From an uncultured Mycoplasmatota bacterium (lineage in GTDB: Bacteria; Bacillota_I; Bacilli_A; RF39; UBA660), in contig CAMLTY010000002.1 in assembly GCA_946486465.1 (NCBI GenBank), positions 4,331-68,330 of the forward strand: 64,000 nucleotides of DNA, in the 5' to 3' direction. The translations under genes were made by a program, and so were the position numbers. Below, piece by piece: positions 54,604-63,675 of the stretch (its first letter is position 1; each line of letters starts with the position of its first letter). The notes beneath the pieces are model-generated. The model did no database searches, was not told the DNA's origin, and worked only from the letters and a program-made list of their open reading frames with translations.

Positions 54604-56484
54604 TTATTTAGCAAGTAATTCACTAATTAAATTACTTATCTCAGTTGGATTATCTAAAGTCATTCCTTCAATAAGTCTAGCTTCAGCATAAAGTATTTTA
54701 CTATATTTTTCTAATGTCTCATAATCTTTCTTTTCATATAAAGATTTTAATTTAGTAGCAATAGGATGATCTTCATTAATCTCCATTACAGTACTAGCTT
54801 TTACACCAGTATCAGTTGGCATAGCATCCATTACTTTTTGCATTTCTACTGATACAGCACCTTTACTAGTTAAGCATACAGGATGATTTTTAAGTCTATG
54901 AGTAAATGCTACTTCATTAACACCATTATTTAGAGCATCATGCATTTTAGTAAACATGTCTTTATACTCTTCATTAGTTTTCTTTAACTCTTCCTTCTCT
55001 TCATCACTTTCAAAGTCTGCTTCTTCACTTGCTACATTGACAAAGTTCTTCTCTTTATAATTCATCATTACTTTAAAGACAAATTCATCTAAGTAATCAG
55101 TTAAATATAAGATATCTATCCCCTTTTCTTTAGCAGCTTCCACCTGTGGTAATAAATCTATTTTATCTATAGTCTCACCACAAGCATAGTAAATTATCTT
55201 ATCATCATCACTCATCTTAGAGACATATTCTGAAAGTGTAACCATTTTCTTTTCTTTAGATGAATAGAAAAGTAATAAATCTTGTAATATTTCTTTAGCC
55301 ATTCCATAAGACTCATAAATACCTACTTTAAGTTGCATTCCAAAGTCTTTAAAGAATTTCTCATAGTTTTCTCTATCATTTTTAAGCATTTTTTCTAGTT
55401 CTTTTTTTATCTTAGATTCAAGACTCTTAGCGATAGATTTAATTTGATAGTTCTCTTGTAAAGTCTCTCTTGAAATATTTAAAGATATATCTTCACTATC
55501 AACAATACCTTTAACAAAACTAAAGTAATCAGGTAAAAGGTCAGCACATTTATCCATGATTAGAACACCCTTAGAATAAAGTTCAAGTCCTTTCTCATAG
55601 TCTTTAGAATAATAATTATATGGAGCATGACTTGGTATAAATAGTAAAGCTGTATAAGAACATCTACCTTCTACTTCACTACGAATTACTTTTAAAGGAG
55701 CTTCATAGTCATAGAATTTATCTGTATAGAAAGAGTTATAATCTTCATCTTCTACACTACTCTTTTGTTTCTTCCAAATAGGAACCATACTGTTTAGAGT
55801 TTTATCTTCAATCGTTTTCTCTTCCTTATCATCTTTCTTAGTAGTTGTTTCTACTTTCATCTTAATAGGATATGCTATATAGTCAGAATACTTCTTAACT
55901 AATCTTTCAAGAGCATAATCTTCTAGATATTCATCATAGTTATTATCTTCATTATTCTCTTTTAGATGAAGGATAACTTTAGTACCAATATTTTCATAGT
56001 CACACTCTTCGATAGAATATCCATCAGCACCTCTTGATACCCAACGATATGCTTTATCACTATCATAGGCTTTACTAATTACTTCTACTTCATCACTTAC
56101 CATAAAGCTAGAGTAAAAACCTACACCAAACTGTCCAATAATTGCCATATTTTTATCATCAGACATCTTCTCTTTAAATAAAAGAGAACCACTCTTAGCG
56201 ATAGTACCTAAGTTATTTTCAAGTTCTTCCTCATTCATACCAATACCATTATCAACGATAGTTAAGGTACGATTATCTTTATCAGGAATAAGTCTAATCT
56301 CTAAGTCTTTTTTCTTAACTTTAATACTTTTATTAGTAAGTGATTCATAATAAAGTTTATCAATAGCATCACTTGCATTAGAGATTAACTCTCTTAAAAA
56401 TATCTCCTTATTAGTATAAATAGAATTAATCATTAAATCTAATAGCTTTTTAGATTCAGCTTTAAATTGTTTTTTCTTCAACAT
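54604..56484 (-). CDS. htpG: molecular chaperone HtpG (Hsp90)
   Basis: KQFKAESKKLLDLMINSIYTNKEIFLRELISNASDA, DNGIGM. Start at ATG 56484 (the track start is GTG 56490). Confidence 0.95.
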   Translation of the reverse strand: MLKKKQFKAESKKLLDLMINSIYTNKEIFLRELISNASDAIDKLYYESLTNKSIKVKKKDLEIRLIPDKDNRTLTIVDNGIGMNEEELENNLGTIAKSGSLLFKEKMSDDKNMAIIGQFGVGFYSSFMVSDEVEVISKAYDSDKAYRWVSRGADGYSIEECDYENIGTKVILHLKENNEDNNYDEYLEDYALERLVKKYSDYIAYPIKMKVETTTKKDDKEEKTIEDKTLNSMVPIWKKQKSSVEDEDYNSFYTDKFYDYEAPLKVIRSEVEGRCSYTALLFIPSHAPYNYYSKDYEKGLELYSKGVLIMDKCADLLPDYFSFVKGIVDSEDISLNISRETLQENYQIKSIAKSLESKIKKELEKMLKNDRENYEKFFKDFGMQLKVGIYESYGMAKEILQDLLLFYSSKEKKMVTLSEYVSKMSDDDKIIYYACGETIDKIDLLPQVEAAKEKGIDILYLTDYLDEFVFKVMMNYKEKNFVNVASEEADFESDEEKEELKKTNEEYKDMFTKMHDALNNGVNEVAFTHRLKNHPVCLTSKGAVSVEMQKVMDAMPTDTGVKASTVMEINEDHPIATKLKSLYEKKDYETLEKYSKILYAEARLIEGMTLDNPTEISNLISELLAK

Positions 56485-56529
56485 AATCACTCTTCTTTCT
56501 TATTTACATAATGTAGAATAACACTAGAG

Positions 56530-56556
56530 TTAGCAATTGTCAATAGTGAGTGCTAA
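56530..56556 (-). promoter_or_regulatory. CIRCE (HrcA operator) upstream of htpG
   Basis: Gene-sense TTAGCACTC-ACTATTGAC-AATTGCTAA versus consensus TTAGCACTC-N9-GAGTGCTAA. A TTGACA-17-TATTCT promoter overlaps the element. Confidence 0.6.
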
Positions 56557-56563
56557 AAAACTA

Positions 56564-57445
56564 TTACTTTTTTGATAATAGTTCTATATAATTAATAACT
56601 TCATTTATTGTTTTATTAAAGTCATCATAATTAGTATTAAACCACCTAAGTTTAAACTGATGATTAAAGAAAGTATATTGTCTTTTAGCATAATGTCTTG
56701 AGTTTTTCTTGATATCATCCTTTACTTCATCTAAAGTTTTTTCATGATTAAAGTATGGAATAAACTCTTTATAACCTATCGCCGTATTTAAAGCTTTAGA
56801 AGTATTAAACTCATCTTTTAAAGATTCTACTTCTTCTAATAGACCATTATTAAACATGATATCTACTCTTTTATTAATCTTATCATATAGAGTATTTCTA
56901 TCAGTAGTTAATCCTATAAAAATAGTATCTTTATATAAAAGGTTATTCCCATTATTAGTAATAGTCTCATTGTTTTCTAGTTTATTTAAGAGCCTTACTA
57001 ATCTTTTTCTATTGTTTACATGAGGTAGTTCTTCTACATTATAAGATTTTATTTTATTAAGTATCTCTTCATTAGTTAAATCATTATATTCTTTATAAGT
57101 TGTACCCTCTGTAAAATTATAATCAAAAAGTACTGCTTTTAAATATAGACCTGTCCCTCCTATTAAGATAATATTTTTATTTTCTTTTAGAAGTTTATCT
57201 ATTAAACATCTTGCATCTTTTTGATAATCATAAACAGAATAGTTTTTATCAAGTGATACATTACTAAGTAAATGATGAGGTACTCCTTCCATTTCTTCTT
57301 TAGTTACTTTAGCAGTACCTATATCCAACTTTTCATACACTTGCATAGCATCAAAATTAATAACTTCAGCATTGTATTTTTTAGCTAAAGCTATACTTAA
57401 AGCAGTTTTACCAACAGCAGTTGGTCCTAATATGGCAATTATCAT
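56564..57445 (-). CDS. miaA: tRNA dimethylallyltransferase
   Basis: IIAILGPTAVGKTALSIALAKKY, and more. Confidence 0.9.
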   Translation of the reverse strand: MIIAILGPTAVGKTALSIALAKKYNAEVINFDAMQVYEKLDIGTAKVTKEEMEGVPHHLLSNVSLDKNYSVYDYQKDARCLIDKLLKENKNIILIGGTGLYLKAVLFDYNFTEGTTYKEYNDLTNEEILNKIKSYNVEELPHVNNRKRLVRLLNKLENNETITNNGNNLLYKDTIFIGLTTDRNTLYDKINKRVDIMFNNGLLEEVESLKDEFNTSKALNTAIGYKEFIPYFNHEKTLDEVKDDIKKNSRHYAKRQYTFFNHQFKLRWFNTNYDDFNKTINEVINYIELLSKK

Positions 57446-57452
57446 AATATCA

Positions 57453-58772
57453 CTATCTTTCTATATTATCTTTATTAAGGCAAAATACAGCATACAAAGG
57501 AACAGACTTTATATTATTTTTAAAGCCAAAATTTTTGGAAGATATTCTAATAGCATACTTAGGATTATATAATTTAATATAATTATTTAAACTTCTAGAT
57601 TTAACGTGATTACTAGATTTTACTTCTAAAGGGATAATACTTCCTTTTTCTCCTTGTAAGATAAAATCAACTTCACTTTCATAATCGCCTTTCCAATAAT
57701 TTAAATTAAGATTATTAATGATTAAAGAAGTAGCAACATAATTTTCAGTTAACATTCCTATCATAACTTCATTAACTGCTTCTCTATTTTTTATTAAATA
57801 AATTGGATATTCACTTAAGTTTGTTAAAAGTCCTACATCATTCATATATAATTTAAAAGAATCTAACTCTTCATACATTTTAAGAGGAACACCTATTTTT
57901 GTCTTAACACATTTATTTACAATACCTGCATTAACTAACCAATTAATAGCATCTCCAAAAATAGAACTAGAACCACCACTTTTAATTAGTTTATATTGAA
58001 ACTTTTTGTTATCTTTAGCAAGTTGTACTGGAATAGAGTCAAACGTCGCCAAAATTTTATTCGCTTCATTTCCATCTTCACAATATTTTGTAATATCATT
58101 TTTATAAGACTCTATTATACTTTTTTGATAATCAATAGCATTAATAAAAGAATTACTATTAATATACTCTTTAACTACTTCTGGCATACCACCAACTACT
58201 AAGTAATCATAATATAAATCAAGGGCTTTCTTATGTTGTACTTCTGGCATTTCTTTATTACTATCAAAATGTTCTTTTATAGAATCTAGTAATAAAGAGT
58301 TACCTGTATTAATTAAAAACTCATCAAAAGACATAGGATATATTGTTAGAAAATCTACTTTACCCACTGGAAAAGAAAAGTCTTTTTTATTTATATGAAC
58401 ACCAAGCAAAGAACCTGCTCCTATTACATAATATTCACTTGCTTCCTCGCAGAAATATTTTAAGGAAGTTAAGGCTCTTGTATTCTTTTGTATTTCATCA
58501 AAGAATATCAAAGTATTATCTTTATCTATTTTTTTATTAAAGACAATCTCTAAATTTTTAATAATATAATCTGGTTCAATATTTTCATCAATAATATTAC
58601 TAACAATATTATTAGTCTCAAAATTAACATAGATAATATCTTTAAAATATCTATTACCAAACTCTTTTACTAAATATGTCTTACCTACTTGTCTTGCTCC
58701 ATATAGAAGTAAAGGTTTTCTATTCTTTTTATTTTTCCAATTAATAAGACTTTGCATAGCATTTCTTTCCAT
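57453..58772 (-). CDS. COG1373-type ATPase (AAA + DUF4143-like), copy 3
   Basis: Walker A GARQVGKTY, Walker B IFFDEIQ. Start set at ATG 58772, because the track start 58805 abuts the mutL terminator hairpin. Confidence 0.8.
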   Translation of the reverse strand: MERNAMQSLINWKNKKNRKPLLLYGARQVGKTYLVKEFGNRYFKDIIYVNFETNNIVSNIIDENIEPDYIIKNLEIVFNKKIDKDNTLIFFDEIQKNTRALTSLKYFCEEASEYYVIGAGSLLGVHINKKDFSFPVGKVDFLTIYPMSFDEFLINTGNSLLLDSIKEHFDSNKEMPEVQHKKALDLYYDYLVVGGMPEVVKEYINSNSFINAIDYQKSIIESYKNDITKYCEDGNEANKILATFDSIPVQLAKDNKKFQYKLIKSGGSSSIFGDAINWLVNAGIVNKCVKTKIGVPLKMYEELDSFKLYMNDVGLLTNLSEYPIYLIKNREAVNEVMIGMLTENYVATSLIINNLNLNYWKGDYESEVDFILQGEKGSIIPLEVKSSNHVKSRSLNNYIKLYNPKYAIRISSKNFGFKNNIKSVPLYAVFCLNKDNIER

Positions 58773-58805
58773 ATTATCACCTTCTTTAGCAAGATTATAT
58801 AACAT

Positions 58806-58846
58806 AACTCCAAAAAAATCAATTATTTTAGTATTTTTTTGGAGTT
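58806..58846 (-). terminator. hairpin after mutL
   Basis: AACTCCAAAAAAA-N15-TTTTTTTGGAGTT (13-bp arms). Confidence 0.45.
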
Positions 58847-58850
58847 ATAG

Positions 58851-60647
58851 TTAATTCATCGCTCTTTTAAAGAGTCTTTCTAAGTCATAATTACTATATG
58901 TAATAATAGTTGGTCTTCCATGAGGACAAGTAAAAGGATTATCACACCGTCTTAAGTTATCCAAAAGGATTTTAGCAGTATCTAAGTCTAAATAATCATT
59001 GGCTTTTATACTCATTTTACAAGCCATAGTAGATGCTGTCTTATAAATGAATTTTTCTTTATCGAATTCACCTTTTTCTAGGGTGATAGCAATTATCTTT
59101 TCAATGGCTTCTCTCTCATATCCTTCAAAGAACCAAGTAGGATGACTTCTAACAATGAAAGTATTATCACCAAACTCTTCTAAAGAAATACCAATACTCT
59201 TTAGAATATCCATATGTTCTTTAATTCTAATAAACTCATCTTTAGGATATTCTAATCTAATAGGTACTAATAAATCTATAATTTTATAATCGTCTTTTAA
59301 TAATGCATTTAAGACTTTTTCATAATTAATACGTTCTGCCGCTGCATGTTGGTCTATTATATACATACCACTTGAGTTTTCTGCAATTATATAAGTCTTA
59401 TGAACAATACCTACAGGTATCATTTCTTTGATACGATAGTCATCTTTTTTCTCTTTTGCATCTTCAACTACTTCTTCAGTCTTAGTACCCGTTATCTTAT
59501 TATCATTATCAAAGTCAAAAGATAATTCTTCTAGATTAGGAGATGTTTCTTTAACAAGTTCTTCTTCATCATCTAGTTCATAGTTTATAGTATTAACTGG
59601 AAGAGAATCTTCTACTTCATAAATAGTATTTAAATCTCTAATATTAGCATGAGGTACTAGTAATACTTCTTTTAGTTTAGAACTAATTACTTTCGTAATT
59701 AACTCTTTTAGACTATCTAATTTAGAGAACTTTATATCCATCTTTTGCGGATGTATATTAATATCTATCAGGATAGGGTCGACATCTATATTTAAAACTA
59801 TCATAGGAAACTTATCTTTAGGTATATAAGTGTGATAACAGTCTATTAGACATCTATTTAAATCTAAATTTTTAATAACTCTACCATTTACTAAAGTAGT
59901 AATAACATTACGAGAAGTCTTGGCAATTTCTGGATAACCAATATAACCTGATATTACATAGTCATCGTTTTCACCACTTATCTCTATCATTTTTTTAGCA
60001 ACATCTATGCCATAGACAGCATAAATTACTTTTAATAAATTACCATCACCACTTGTATTTAATAACTCTTTTTCATTATTAGTTAAAACAAATCTAATAG
60101 ATGGATATGATAGAGCCATTTTATTAATATATTCGATTATTAAAGCAAGTTCTGTATAAAGATTCCTTAAATACTTTAATCTTACTGGAGTATTATAGAA
60201 TAAATCTCTTACTTCAATAGTTGTACCCACACTTAAATCACTATTTTCTACACTCTCTATTACCCCGCCATTTAAAGAAATACTTGTTCCTACTCCATCT
60301 TTACTAGTCTGTAAATAAACATGAGAAACTGAAGCGATAGATGGTAGGGCTTCTCCTCTAAAACCTAATGTTTCGATATTAAATAAATCATCTAAGTTTT
60401 TTAATTTACTAGTAGCATGACGTGAGAATGCAAGCATCGCATCTTCTTTATTCATACCAATACCATTATCACTTATTACTATTTTTTTAGTACCAGAATC
60501 TATTAAGTTAATCTTAATTTCCGTAGACTCAGCATCTATAGAGTTTTCTACTAATTCTTTAACAACATTTAAACATCTTTCTACTACTTCTCCTGCTGCT
60601 ATCTTATTAGCAAGTATTTCATCCATTACTTTAATAGTTGCCATCAT
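58851..60647 (-). CDS. mutL: DNA mismatch repair protein MutL
   Basis: IKVMDEILANKIAAGEVVERCLNVVKELVENSIDA, DNGIGM, C-terminal CPHGRPT. Confidence 0.95.
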   Translation of the reverse strand: MMATIKVMDEILANKIAAGEVVERCLNVVKELVENSIDAESTEIKINLIDSGTKKIVISDNGIGMNKEDAMLAFSRHATSKLKNLDDLFNIETLGFRGEALPSIASVSHVYLQTSKDGVGTSISLNGGVIESVENSDLSVGTTIEVRDLFYNTPVRLKYLRNLYTELALIIEYINKMALSYPSIRFVLTNNEKELLNTSGDGNLLKVIYAVYGIDVAKKMIEISGENDDYVISGYIGYPEIAKTSRNVITTLVNGRVIKNLDLNRCLIDCYHTYIPKDKFPMIVLNIDVDPILIDINIHPQKMDIKFSKLDSLKELITKVISSKLKEVLLVPHANIRDLNTIYEVEDSLPVNTINYELDDEEELVKETSPNLEELSFDFDNDNKITGTKTEEVVEDAKEKKDDYRIKEMIPVGIVHKTYIIAENSSGMYIIDQHAAAERINYEKVLNALLKDDYKIIDLLVPIRLEYPKDEFIRIKEHMDILKSIGISLEEFGDNTFIVRSHPTWFFEGYEREAIEKIIAITLEKGEFDKEKFIYKTASTMACKMSIKANDYLDLDTAKILLDNLRRCDNPFTCPHGRPTIITYSNYDLERLFKRAMN

Positions 60648-61102
60648 TCTACCTCACAACTTGCATCTTTCGTTAATCTTTCTATCCCTGCTATTGAATT
60701 AGAGCATGCTGGGCTTTCATATCCTGAACATTTTAAACAAGCAGAATATTCTATATCCATATTAAAGCCTGTATTATTATTTCTTTTTACAATAGCATAA
60801 CTTTCTAAATTACAAGTTCTATTAGAAATATTAGGATCTTCAAGATTATTTACATATCCTTCACAGATTAACTTAGATACATCAACTACTAAAGATTCAC
60901 CTTCTAAAGGAATATATCCTGTATGATCTATTAAATAGTTAGTAACTCCATCAGTAATATTTTTTTCATAATCCTCATAAACTGCAGATTTTGTTCTATC
61001 TAAATACTGTGACACTCCCATATAAGCAAGAGTTACTAAAATACCAAGTATAATTATGACGGCAAGTAATTCTAGCATTGTAAATCCCTTTTTATTTATC
61101 AT
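60644..61102 (-). CDS. type IV pilin / pseudopilin-like protein (prepilin N-terminal cleavage/methylation motif), Cys-rich
   Basis: MINKKG|FTMLELLAVIIILGILVTLAY. GGAGGA lies 8 nt upstream of ATG 61102. Six Cys in the C-terminal half. ATGA overlap with the mutL start, and 11-nt overlap with the uvrC end. Confidence 0.65.
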   Translation of the reverse strand: MINKKGFTMLELLAVIIILGILVTLAYMGVSQYLDRTKSAVYEDYEKNITDGVTNYLIDHTGYIPLEGESLVVDVSKLICEGYVNNLEDPNISNRTCNLESYAIVKRNNNTGFNMDIEYSACLKCSGYESPACSNSIAGIERLTKDASCEVE

Positions 61103-62870
61103 TATTTTCATCCTCCTCATGCAAGACATTATAGAGATTTAATGCTACAGTATCTCCTACTATTTTACTTAAATCTTCTATACTTGCTTCCCTCATTTTT
61201 TTCATAGAACCAAATTTCTTTAATAGTTCTTTACGTCTAACTTCTCCTATTCCTGGCACTAAATCTAGATAACTTGATAGTAGTCCTTTACTTTTAATAT
61301 TACGATGATAAGTTATAGCAAAGCGATGAACTTCTTCTTGAATTTTTGATAGATAAAGGAATAGGTTACTATCACTTTTAATATCTAAGACTTTATAATT
61401 ACTATCTATAACAGTATTAGTTCTATGATGAGAATCTTTCTTAAGACCTATTATTGGTATTGATAGGTTTAAACTAGAAAGTATCTCTTTACAGACATTT
61501 ACTTGAGTTTCTCCTCCATCCATAATGATTAAATCTGGTAAGACTTCATTATCCATAATCGCTTTATAATATCTTCGATATAATACTTCTCTCATCGCTC
61601 CTAAATCATCTTTAACATCAGTACTTATTTTATATTTACGATAATCATTCTTTAAAGGTTCAAAGTCACGAAAAACAACCATCGCCCCTACATAGTATGT
61701 TCCAAATAAATGAGAGTTATCAAAGCTTTCCATACGAGATACACTATCTACATTAAGAAGAGTTTTTAACTCATTTAAAGCTTCCATCTTTTTATTATCA
61801 TCTTTCTTAAGTGTTTCTAACTCTTCGTTTAAGACTACTTTAGAGTTTTCTTCGGCAAGATCAACTAATTTCTTTAACTCCCCTCTTTTAGGAACATGAA
61901 CTTTAACTTTTAAATATTCACTAAGTAATTCAGCATTTAAAGTATCGGGTATTAATATCTCATGGGCAAGAATATTTTTATCATAGAATTTAATAATGTA
62001 CTCTTCCATATCATCAACAACATTATCTAGTGTCTGTAATGTTTCATGGTGTCTACCAAAAAGTATTCCTTCTCTTATAAAGAAAACTGTTATGGATAAA
62101 TAGTTATCTACTACTGTATAATTAAAGATATCAAAGTTATAATTTTTCTTTAAATCTATCTTTTGCTTAGTAAGTGTTATATCTATATCGGTTAACATTT
62201 CTCTTAATTCTAAAGCTTTCTCATAATTTAAAGCATTACTTGCTTTTTCCATTTCTTTTGTAATTTTCTCTTTAATAAAACTACTATTCCCTTTAAGAAA
62301 GCTTGTTATCTCATCAGTCATAGATTTAATAGTATCTTTATCGATTTCTTTAATACAGTAACCTAAGCATTCATTTATATGATAATATAAGCATTCTTTT
62401 TTAGGTAGTTTTTCACACTTTCTTAAGGGATATAAACGATTAATCATATTAACTGTCTTTCGGGCTGAGCCTACATTAGGATAAGGTCCAAATAATTTAT
62501 GGTCTTTTTTCTTTCTTTTAACATTTCTAACTACTCTAAGTCGAGGATACTTTTCATTAGTTAGTTCAATATAAGGATAACTCTTATCATCTTTAAGTAA
62601 GATATTATATTTAGGGTCATATTTTTTAATTAGGTTTATTTCAAGTATTAAACTCTCTAACTCACTATCAGTTACAATATATTCAAAGTCATCTATATCT
62701 TGAACTAACATTGCAGTCTTACCTGTTACATTACCTCTAAAGTAACTACTGACACGCCTCTTCAAATTCTTAGCTTTACCTACATAGATAATATAACCAT
62801 TCTTATCTTTCATCTGATAACTTCCAGGTAGTTCTGGAACAAGTTTTAATTTTTCCTTAAAGTCTTTCAT
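61092..62870 (-). CDS. uvrC: excinuclease ABC subunit C
   Basis: GIY-YIG N-terminus (GSYQMKDKNGYIIYVGKAKNLKRRVSSYF), C-terminal (HhH)2. Confidence 0.95.
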   Translation of the reverse strand: MKDFKEKLKLVPELPGSYQMKDKNGYIIYVGKAKNLKRRVSSYFRGNVTGKTAMLVQDIDDFEYIVTDSELESLILEINLIKKYDPKYNILLKDDKSYPYIELTNEKYPRLRVVRNVKRKKKDHKLFGPYPNVGSARKTVNMINRLYPLRKCEKLPKKECLYYHINECLGYCIKEIDKDTIKSMTDEITSFLKGNSSFIKEKITKEMEKASNALNYEKALELREMLTDIDITLTKQKIDLKKNYNFDIFNYTVVDNYLSITVFFIREGILFGRHHETLQTLDNVVDDMEEYIIKFYDKNILAHEILIPDTLNAELLSEYLKVKVHVPKRGELKKLVDLAEENSKVVLNEELETLKKDDNKKMEALNELKTLLNVDSVSRMESFDNSHLFGTYYVGAMVVFRDFEPLKNDYRKYKISTDVKDDLGAMREVLYRRYYKAIMDNEVLPDLIIMDGGETQVNVCKEILSSLNLSIPIIGLKKDSHHRTNTVIDSNYKVLDIKSDSNLFLYLSKIQEEVHRFAITYHRNIKSKGLLSSYLDLVPGIGEVRRKELLKKFGSMKKMREASIEDLSKIVGDTVALNLYNVLHEEDENNDK

Positions 62871-62882
62871 GACACATCACCT

Positions 62883-62918
62883 AACTAAAAAAATAAGTTA
62901 TTTTACATAACTTATTTT
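62883..62918 (-). terminator. intrinsic terminator upstream of uvrC
   Basis: Minus-sense AAAATAAGTTAT-loop-ATAACTTATTTT followed by a T run. Confidence 0.5.
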
Positions 62919-63028
62919 AGACTACATTCACTATTTTTACAAGTTTAAATAATATAATTATGAAATATTAAAGCACCATTTAAAGGATTCTTAAAGTAAT
63001 CTTTTTTAAACCCATTTAATAGACAAAC

Positions 63029-63382
63029 TTATGAATAATCAATTCCACTAAATGCACAAAATATTTTAAATCCTTTAATTCTAAAACTATAATTCTTCCA
63101 ATACTTACAATCTCTACTAAGTAAATAAGCAAGATTTTCAGGATCATAATAATTATGTTTCTCTCGTATTATTTTATCAGGTTCTTCCATATTAACAATG
63201 TTTTCATCCTTTTCGTCAAAATAAACTTTCCATTTTTCTTAAAGATTTAAATCAACAATTTTACCTAAAGAATCTATAATATTTTTAATATCTCCATCAC
63301 TAAAATAACCATCTTCAAAAAGGCCTAAAGGCCTTGTAACTCTAAGAGAAATAGCTACACTACAATCCATTATACCAGTCAT
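63029..63382 (-). pseudogene. small hypothetical gene interrupted by in-frame TAA
   Basis: Own translation: MTGIMDCSVAISLRVTRPLGLFEDGYFSDGDIKNIIDSLGKIVDLNL*EKWKVYFDEKDENIVNMEEPDKIIREKH...FSGIDYS*. The TAA is at 63239-63241. Confidence 0.3.
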
Positions 63383-63389
63383 AATCCAC

Positions 63390-63659
63390 CTACATAAGTC
63401 TTGTAATTTGAGTTTCACTTAAACCAGTAGCTTGCATTATACTTTCTTTAGGTATACCTATTTCAAGAAGATTCTTAGCAATAGATTTTTCTCTTTCTTT
63501 AGCACCTTGTTTAATGCCCTTTTTAATGCCCCTTTTCTCTCCTAGCATTTCTCCTTCTTCTTTAAGACTATTCATCATCTTTTCCATCTCTTCCGCTTCA
63601 TCATAAAACCCTACTGTATTAATATCAAGACTTAATCTCTTTGAAGCACAACCTTCCAT
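63390..63659 (-). CDS. stand-alone Rpn-family C-terminal-domain-like small protein
   Basis: 89 aa ending IAKNLLEIGIPKESIMQATGLSETQITRLM, preceded by a GIKKGIKQG repeat. AAGGAG RBS. Confidence 0.4.
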   Translation of the reverse strand: MEGCASKRLSLDINTVGFYDEAEEMEKMMNSLKEEGEMLGEKRGIKKGIKQGAKEREKSIAKNLLEIGIPKESIMQATGLSETQITRLM

Positions 63660-63675
63660 TAACTCAACATCTCCT

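Noticed and set aside
1466-58540. Other antisense or out-of-frame track ORFs: 1466, 3740, 6859, 6893, 7857, 13646, 23208, 31278, 31820, 32980, 42827, 45453, 46218, 48093, 51151, 52864, 57372, 57996, 58343.
   Set aside because: Each is fully embedded in, or overlaps the end of, a strongly supported gene on the other strand or frame, and none has recognisable motifs.
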